Positions 52,991 through 58,186 of a stretch of DNA of 58,186 nt are shown piece after piece. This DNA comes from Patescibacteria group bacterium (GTDB lineage Bacteria; Krumholzibacteriota; Krumholzibacteriia; Krumholzibacteriales; Krumholzibacteriaceae), in NCBI GenBank assembly GCA_035529435.1, contig DATKWS010000091.1, positions 1-58,186 of the forward strand. Reading direction: 5' to 3'. A model generated the notes under the pieces. That model worked only from the letters and a program-made list of their open reading frames with translations. It searched no databases and was not told the origin of the DNA. Each line of letters starts with the position of its first letter. Position 1 is the first letter of the stretch. The position numbers and the translations under genes were made by a program.

Positions 52991-53953
52991 ATGCGTGTCC
53001 TGATCACGGGAATCACGGGTTTCGCGGGTAGCCATCTCGCCGACCTGTGCCTGACCAAGCAAGATGTCGAGGTGTACGGGATCATACGATGGCGGAGCCG
53101 GACCGAGAATATCGAGCATATCTATAACAGGCTCGCACTCCTCGAGTGCGATCTCCGGGACGCTTCCTCGACGCGGGACGTCATCGAGGAGATCCATCCG
53201 GATTTCATATTCCACCTCGCCGCGCAGAGTTTCGTTCCCACCTCATGGAAGGCCCCGAGCGAATCACTCACGACGAATGTGATCGGCGAGCTGAACGTCT
53301 TCGAGGCGATACGGAAGGTCAATCTCTCCTGTCGTATCCAGATCGCCTGTTCCAGCGAGGAGTACGGCATGGTGCACCCGGACGAGGTGCCGATCAAGGA
53401 ATCCAATCCGCTGCGCCCCTTGAGTCCCTACGGGGTGAGCAAGGTGGGCCAGGACATGCTGGGGTATCAGTACTACATGAGCTATGGAATGGATATCGTG
53501 CGGACGAGGGGATTCAACCATACCGGACCCCGGCGCGCACCCGTTTTCGTCTGTTCCGACTTCGCGAAACAGCTCGTCGATATCGAACGGGGCGTGCGCG
53601 GGCCCGTCATCCGGGTGGGGAATCTCGATACACGTCGCGATTTCACCGATGTGCGCGATATGGTACGCGGTTACTGGCTTGCGCTCGAGAGGGGAAGACC
53701 GGGTGCGGTGTACAATATATGTTCAGGTACGAGCCATCGCATCGGCGACATCCTCGATAGTTTGATCGAAATCAGCGGTGTCGAGGTGAAGGTAGTGCAG
53801 GATCCCGATCGCCTGAGGCCGAGCGACGTGCCGCTGCTCGAGGGCGACAACAGCGCCTTCGCGGAGGACACGGGCTGGCGGCCGGAGATCCCCTTCGAGC
53901 AGACGCTGCACGATCTCGTGGAATTCTGGCGGAAGAATCCGAGTAGTATATAG
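52991..53953 (+). CDS. Extended SDR, GDP-mannose 4,6-dehydratase-like
   Basis: 'VLITGITGFAGSHL', 'FHLAAQSFV', 'YGVSKVGQDML' (YxxxK) and 'RGFNHTGPRR'. Confidence 0.8.
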   Translation: MRVLITGITGFAGSHLADLCLTKQDVEVYGIIRWRSRTENIEHIYNRLALLECDLRDASSTRDVIEEIHPDFIFHLAAQSFVPTSWKAPSESLTTNVIGELNVFEAIRKVNLSCRIQIACSSEEYGMVHPDEVPIKESNPLRPLSPYGVSKVGQDMLGYQYYMSYGMDIVRTRGFNHTGPRRAPVFVCSDFAKQLVDIERGVRGPVIRVGNLDTRRDFTDVRDMVRGYWLALERGRPGAVYNICSGTSHRIGDILDSLIEISGVEVKVVQDPDRLRPSDVPLLEGDNSAFAEDTGWRPEIPFEQTLHDLVEFWRKNPSSI

Positions 53954-53968
53954 AACCGAACGGACTCT

Positions 53969-55006
53969 ATGCGGGCGATGGTTACAGGAGCATGTGGATT
54001 CGTCGGCAGGTACCTCGTGCGCGAACTGGTTGCGGGCGGATACGACGTTCTCGCCACCGACCGGTACGACACACCGCCACTCCATATCGTCGGTGAGATA
54101 GAGACCGGTGTCGGAGTGGGGGCGGGGCGGATCGCGATCGACGGAACCACCGCCGACCTCGCGCTTCCCGCCGGTGTGGCGTATCATGGTTGTGATCTGA
54201 CCGATGGCGGTGAGGTTTCCGCGCTCGTCGAAGAGTGGCGGCCGCAGGCCATCTTCCACCTCGCCGCACAGAGCTCGGCCGGGATGTCATTCCGGGATCC
54301 GCGCGGCACCCTCGAGACGAATATTTTCGGAACGTTCAATCTGCTCGAGGCGGTGAGCGGGTGCGGGGAGGGGCCGGTACGGTTCCTCTCGGTCTGCTCG
54401 AGCGAAGAATACGGACGGCGCGCACGTGATGAGATGCCGCTCGGAGAGAAAAGCCCCATCGAGCCGGCCAGCCCCTACGCGGTCAGCAAGGCCGCGCAGG
54501 GAATGCTCTCTCTCCAGTACGGGCTCACATCCGACATCGAGGTCGTCGTCACGCGGAGTTTCGGGCATACGGGCCCCGGCCAGACGGATCGGTTCGTGCT
54601 GCCCTCATTCGCGAAGCAGTGCGCGGCGATAGTAGCGGGGCTCACCGGACCGGTCGTCAGGGTGGGGAACCTCGAGGTCGTGCGTGATTTTCTCGATGTG
54701 CGTGACGTGGTGTGCGCTTACCGGATTCTCCTTGAACGCGGAGCGGTCGGCGCCGTTTACAATGTGTGTTCCGGATCGGGACTGAGCCTGAAGGTTGCAC
54801 TGGAGGAGATGATACGGATTGCCGGTGCAGGGATCGATGTCGTGATCGATCCCGAGAGATTTCGGCCGGTCGATGTACCGGTGATGATCGGTGATAACGC
54901 GAGGCTCAGGCGGGATACGGGCTGGGAGGTGACCGTTCCGGTCGAACGGATGCTGCGGGACCTTCTCGCATACTGGGAGAATCGCATAAACGCCGCGGTG
55001 GCATGA
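53969..55006 (+). CDS. Extended SDR paralogue, GDP-4-dehydro-6-deoxy-D-mannose reductase (Rmd)-like
   Basis: 'AMVTGACGFVGRYL', 'FHLAAQSS', 'YAVSKAAQGML' and 'RSFGHTGPGQ'. It carries a ~35-aa insertion (HIVGEIETGVGVGAGRIAIDGTTADLALPAG) after the first beta-alpha unit. Confidence 0.75.
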   Translation: MRAMVTGACGFVGRYLVRELVAGGYDVLATDRYDTPPLHIVGEIETGVGVGAGRIAIDGTTADLALPAGVAYHGCDLTDGGEVSALVEEWRPQAIFHLAAQSSAGMSFRDPRGTLETNIFGTFNLLEAVSGCGEGPVRFLSVCSSEEYGRRARDEMPLGEKSPIEPASPYAVSKAAQGMLSLQYGLTSDIEVVVTRSFGHTGPGQTDRFVLPSFAKQCAAIVAGLTGPVVRVGNLEVVRDFLDVRDVVCAYRILLERGAVGAVYNVCSGSGLSLKVALEEMIRIAGAGIDVVIDPERFRPVDVPVMIGDNARLRRDTGWEVTVPVERMLRDLLAYWENRINAAVA

Positions 55007-55098
55007 ATGAACGCCATGCGCGGAGAGCGGAAAGGATCTATCGTGTACCGGCTCATGTGCGGGACGAGCCGGATGCATGTTGCATGGGAGTGTTGAAC

Positions 55099-56403
55099 AT
55101 GGCGAATATCTGCGTGATTGGAACGGGGTATGTCGGTCTCGTCAGCGGTGCGTGCCTCGCCGATTTCGGGAACAGGGTCATCTGCATGGATATCGATGCG
55201 GACCGAATCGAGAATATACGCACGGGTATCATGCCGATCTACGAGCCGGGGCTCAAGGACCTCGTCGCACGAAACCATGACGCGGGAAGACTCGTCTTCA
55301 CGACCGATCTCGCCGCGGCGGTACGCGATTCGCTCGTGATCTTCTCGGCCGTGGGGACCCCCATGCAGAAGGACGGCTCCGCCGATCTCAGTGCGGTCTT
55401 CGAGGTGGCGGTGGATGTGGCGCGGTACATGGACGGGTACCGGGTCATCGTTCAGAAGAGCACGGTCCCGGTCGGAACGTCGGAGCGGGTCGGCGAGATC
55501 ATCGAACAGAACCTCGAACGGGAGATGCCGTTCGACCGCGTCTCGAATCCGGAGTTCCTCCGTGAGGGATCGGCGATCGAGGATTTCATGCGTCCCAATC
55601 GTGTGGTGATCGGAGTCGAGAGCGATCGCGCCCGCGAGATCATGCGCGAGATATACCGGCCGCTGTACCTGCTCGAGACCCCCGTTGTTTTCACCTCGAT
55701 CAGAACCGCCGAGCTGATCAAGTACGCGAGCAACGCGTTCCTCGCGACGAAGATATCGTTCATCAACGAGATGGCCGATCTCTGCGAGAAGGTCGGCGCC
55801 GATGTCGGCGACGTGGCGAAGGCGATGGGACTCGACAACCGGATCGGATCGAAGTTCCTCCACGCCGGTGTTGGGTTCGGCGGATCGTGCCTGCCGAAGG
55901 ATATCTCGGCGATCCTTCACACGGCGAAAGAACACGACGTGCCGCTCCGTATCATCGATGCGGCTCGTACGGTGAACGATCTGCGTATCGAGGTGCTGGC
56001 CGCCAAGCTGCGTGCCGAGTTGCCGGAGCTCGAGAAAAAGCGAGTCGCTGTCCTCGGCCTTTCATTCAAGCCGAACACCGACGACCTGCGCGAGGCACCG
56101 TCACTGCGGCTTATCGAACTCCTCCGGGGGGAAGGCGCGATGGTCAACGTGTACGATCCGATCGCAATGGACAATGCGAAGGAGCTGTACAATCTCGATG
56201 TACATTTCTGCGATGATTCGTATGTGGCGGTCGAGGGAGCCGATGCACTTGTCATCATGACCGAATGGAACGAGTTCCGGGTACTCGATCTGGAAAGGAT
56301 CAAGCAGCTGCTCAGCGAGCCTGTCGTGATCGATTGCCGCAACATTTACAAGCCCGCCATGATGCGGGACATGGGATTCAGGTACCACTCGTTCGGCCGC
56401 TGA
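55099..56403 (+). CDS. ugd: UDP-glucose 6-dehydrogenase
   Basis: 'MANICVIGTGYVGLVSGACLADFG' and the catalytic 'GFGGSCLPKD'. GGGAG sits 8 nt upstream of ATG 55099. An alternative ATG at 55003 overlaps the upstream stop and would add 32 aa. Confidence 0.9.
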   Translation: MANICVIGTGYVGLVSGACLADFGNRVICMDIDADRIENIRTGIMPIYEPGLKDLVARNHDAGRLVFTTDLAAAVRDSLVIFSAVGTPMQKDGSADLSAVFEVAVDVARYMDGYRVIVQKSTVPVGTSERVGEIIEQNLEREMPFDRVSNPEFLREGSAIEDFMRPNRVVIGVESDRAREIMREIYRPLYLLETPVVFTSIRTAELIKYASNAFLATKISFINEMADLCEKVGADVGDVAKAMGLDNRIGSKFLHAGVGFGGSCLPKDISAILHTAKEHDVPLRIIDAARTVNDLRIEVLAAKLRAELPELEKKRVAVLGLSFKPNTDDLREAPSLRLIELLRGEGAMVNVYDPIAMDNAKELYNLDVHFCDDSYVAVEGADALVIMTEWNEFRVLDLERIKQLLSEPVVIDCRNIYKPAMMRDMGFRYHSFGR

Positions 56404-56524
56404 CGGGACGGGTGGGAGACTCCGTGCACAGGCGCGGGACGGGAGTGGCGCCGGGAACGAGTGGGATACACGCAGGGTGCGGTGAACCGTTCGATTCGGT
56501 CCACCGGATGTAAAAGGAGATGGC

Positions 56525-57559
56525 ATGCAACGGATTCTGGTCACCGGCGGCGCCGGATTCATCGGTTCGAACTTCATTCGAATGCTTCTGCGGAAGAAGC
56601 GGTCGATTCATATCACCATACTCGACAAGCTCACCTATGCGGGAAACGCCGAAAACCTCTCTGGCGTGATTGACCGGCGAAACGTTTTGTTCATCAAGGG
56701 CGACATCTGCAATGCACGGCTCCTCGACGAGATCCTTCCCCGGATCGACATAATATACAATTTCGCCGCCGAGACGCACGTCGATCGTTCGATCCTCGAG
56801 GCGGGGAGCTTTGTGCGGACCGATGTCGTCGGAACGTACACCCTGCTTCAGAAGGCGCTCAAGCACGAGATACCGCGCTTCGTTCAGATCTCCACCGACG
56901 AGGTCTACGGAAGCATACTGAAAGGGACATTCAGGGAGGGAGACCCGCTCCAGCCGAACAGCCCGTACTCGGCGAGCAAATCGGGCGCCGACCTGCTGGT
57001 ACGGTCGTTTCACAAGACGTACGGATTGCCCGTCGTCATCACGCGGAGTTCCAACAACTACGGCCCCTTTCAGCATCCCGAGAAATTCATTCCGCTGTTC
57101 ATCACGAACTCTATCGAGGGAAAACCGCTGCCGCTGTACGGCGACGGCAGGAACGTACGCGACTGGATCTACGTCGAGGACAACTGCCGTGCAATCGATC
57201 TCGTCGGGCGCGGGGGAAAGGTCGGCGAGGTGTACAACATCGGTGCCGGCGACGAGATGGCGAACGTCGATATCGCCCGGGCCATCATCCGGCTCGTCGG
57301 AGCGGACAAGGATCTTCTCACCTTCGTTTCGGACCGTCCGGGGCACGATCGCCGGTACGCCCTCGATACGAGAAAGCTGCGGCATCTGGGATGGAAGAAA
57401 CAGTTCGATTTCGACGAGGGCCTGCGGCGGACCGTCGACTGGTACCGGCGGAACGGGGACTGGTGGAGGCGGATCAAGGAGGGCGCCTTCAAGAGGTACT
57501 ACACCAAACTGTATCGCGAACGTATAACCACGGCATTGAAACAGAAGGGAACATCGTGA
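56525..57559 (+). CDS. rfbB: dTDP-glucose 4,6-dehydratase
   Basis: 'ILVTGGAGFIGSNF', 'STDEVYG' and 'YSASKSGADLLV'. Confidence 0.9.
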   Translation: MQRILVTGGAGFIGSNFIRMLLRKKRSIHITILDKLTYAGNAENLSGVIDRRNVLFIKGDICNARLLDEILPRIDIIYNFAAETHVDRSILEAGSFVRTDVVGTYTLLQKALKHEIPRFVQISTDEVYGSILKGTFREGDPLQPNSPYSASKSGADLLVRSFHKTYGLPVVITRSSNNYGPFQHPEKFIPLFITNSIEGKPLPLYGDGRNVRDWIYVEDNCRAIDLVGRGGKVGEVYNIGAGDEMANVDIARAIIRLVGADKDLLTFVSDRPGHDRRYALDTRKLRHLGWKKQFDFDEGLRRTVDWYRRNGDWWRRIKEGAFKRYYTKLYRERITTALKQKGTS

Positions 57560-58186
57560 GGGCAGCCGTAATCGTGGGGGCACGCCCCAATTTCATGAAG
57601 GCGGCGCCCCTGATACGGGAATTCCGCGCGCGCGGCGGGGTGGAGCCGATCCTCGTGCACACGGGCCAACACTACGACGAGAACATGTCGCGCATATTCT
57701 TCGAGGATCTGGAACTCCCCGAGCCCGATATCTATCTCGGCGTCGGCTCGGGAACGCATGCCGAACAGACGGGCAGGATCATGATCGAGTTCGAGAAGGT
57801 CGTCTCTCGTGACCGTCCGGATCTCATCATCGTCGTCGGTGATGTGAACTCGACGCTCGCCTGCTCCCTCGTCGGTGCGAAGCTGCTCATCCCGGTCGCC
57901 CACGTGGAGGCGGGTCTCAGGAGCTTCGACCTCACCATGCCGGAGGAGATCAACCGGATGGTCACCGACGTGCTCTCGACGTACTGTTTCACCACCTCGC
58001 CCGAGGCGGAGGATAATCTGAAGCACGAGGGAGTGCAGGACGGGTGCATATTTTTCGTCGGTAACATCATGATCGATTCGCTCATGTACTACCTCGGGAA
58101 GACGGAGTCTTCCGACGTCCTCGCGCGCCTCGGCCTCGAATCGGGCGGGTATTGCCTCGTCACGCTGCACCGGCCTTCGAATGTCG
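57556..58186 (+). CDS. wecB: UDP-N-acetylglucosamine 2-epimerase (non-hydrolysing), partial; 3' end runs off the window
   Basis: Absent from the ORF track (no stop in the window). My hand translation from GTG 57556, which overlaps the rfbB stop (GTGA), reads 'VRAAVIVGARPNFMKAAPL...HTGQHYD...VVGDVNSTLAC...HVEAGLRSFD...PEEINR'. Confidence 0.85.
   Translation, partial: MRAAVIVGARPNFMKAAPLIREFRARGGVEPILVHTGQHYDENMSRIFFEDLELPEPDIYLGVGSGTHAEQTGRIMIEFEKVVSRDRPDLIIVVGDVNSTLACSLVGAKLLIPVAHVEAGLRSFDLTMPEEINRMVTDVLSTYCFTTSPEAEDNLKHEGVQDGCIFFVGNIMIDSLMYYLGKTESSDVLARLGLESGGYCLVTLHRPSNV

Noticed and set aside
55003-55098. 32-codon N-terminal extension of ugd starting at the ATG that overlaps the upstream stop
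   Set aside because: The Rossmann GxGxxG of Ugd-family enzymes sits at the extreme N-terminus, and ATG 55099 has a well-spaced GGGAG. The extension is R/H/C-rich. It is kept as an alternative in the feature note.

Overview
GC-rich (about 60% or more, judged by eye, not computed), gene-dense chromosomal segment with about 52 protein-coding genes. I recognised no rRNA, tRNA, CRISPR array, transposase, integrase or phage gene. All protein calls rest on motifs I recognise in the supplied or hand-made translations; no database search was possible.

Layout:
- 1-14015, mostly minus strand: a partial pseudokinase/AAA-NTPase gene, a zinc-ribbon gene, ptsN, then rsgA and a GT9 heptosyltransferase on the plus strand. 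After these comes a 9.2-kb minus-strand operon: 1313-aa TPR protein, acidic coiled-coil TPR protein, dual-FHA protein, PPP-type phosphatase, PEGA-anchored Hanks kinase.
- 14.2-16.6 kb: a queD-queC-(unknown)-queE preQ0 operon.
- 17-25.8 kb, housekeeping: HU, ltaE, rsmI, a CDP-alcohol phosphatidyltransferase, a MATE pump, tmk, an S41 protease, a HAD phosphatase and an alpha/beta hydrolase.
- 25987 to the end, all plus strand: dusB-larB-larC-LysM/TPR; an S8 peptidase with a T9SS-type C-terminal sorting domain; an orphan Sfp-type PPTase; a stand-alone GMP-synthase ATP-PPase subunit; membrane GT-C proteins; nitroreductase and a DDAH-like enzyme; a clan-MA peptidase; a DMT transporter; purC. Then a PyrR-attenuated pyrR-pyrB-pyrC-(TPR lipoprotein)-pyrK-pyrD-pyrF operon, an ArsB/NhaD-type permease, and a sugar-nucleotide locus (two Gmd/Rmd-like SDRs, ugd, rfbB, partial wecB).

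Genes are very tightly packed, and 4-nt ATGA/GTGA/TTGA start-stop overlaps are frequent. The T9SS sorting domain and the abundance of TPR proteins suggest an uncultivated member of the FCB superphylum (inference).

I found no clear-cut new defence or mobile system. The most interesting candidates are:
1. The FHA/PPP/kinase operon with about 1750 aa of unassigned scaffold protein.
2. The uncharacterised gene embedded in the preQ0 operon.
3. A G8 tract plus a 13-14-nt tandem repeat array upstream of the PPTase.
4. A TPR lipoprotein translationally coupled inside the pyr operon.
5. A structured ORF-free region between queE and the HU gene.
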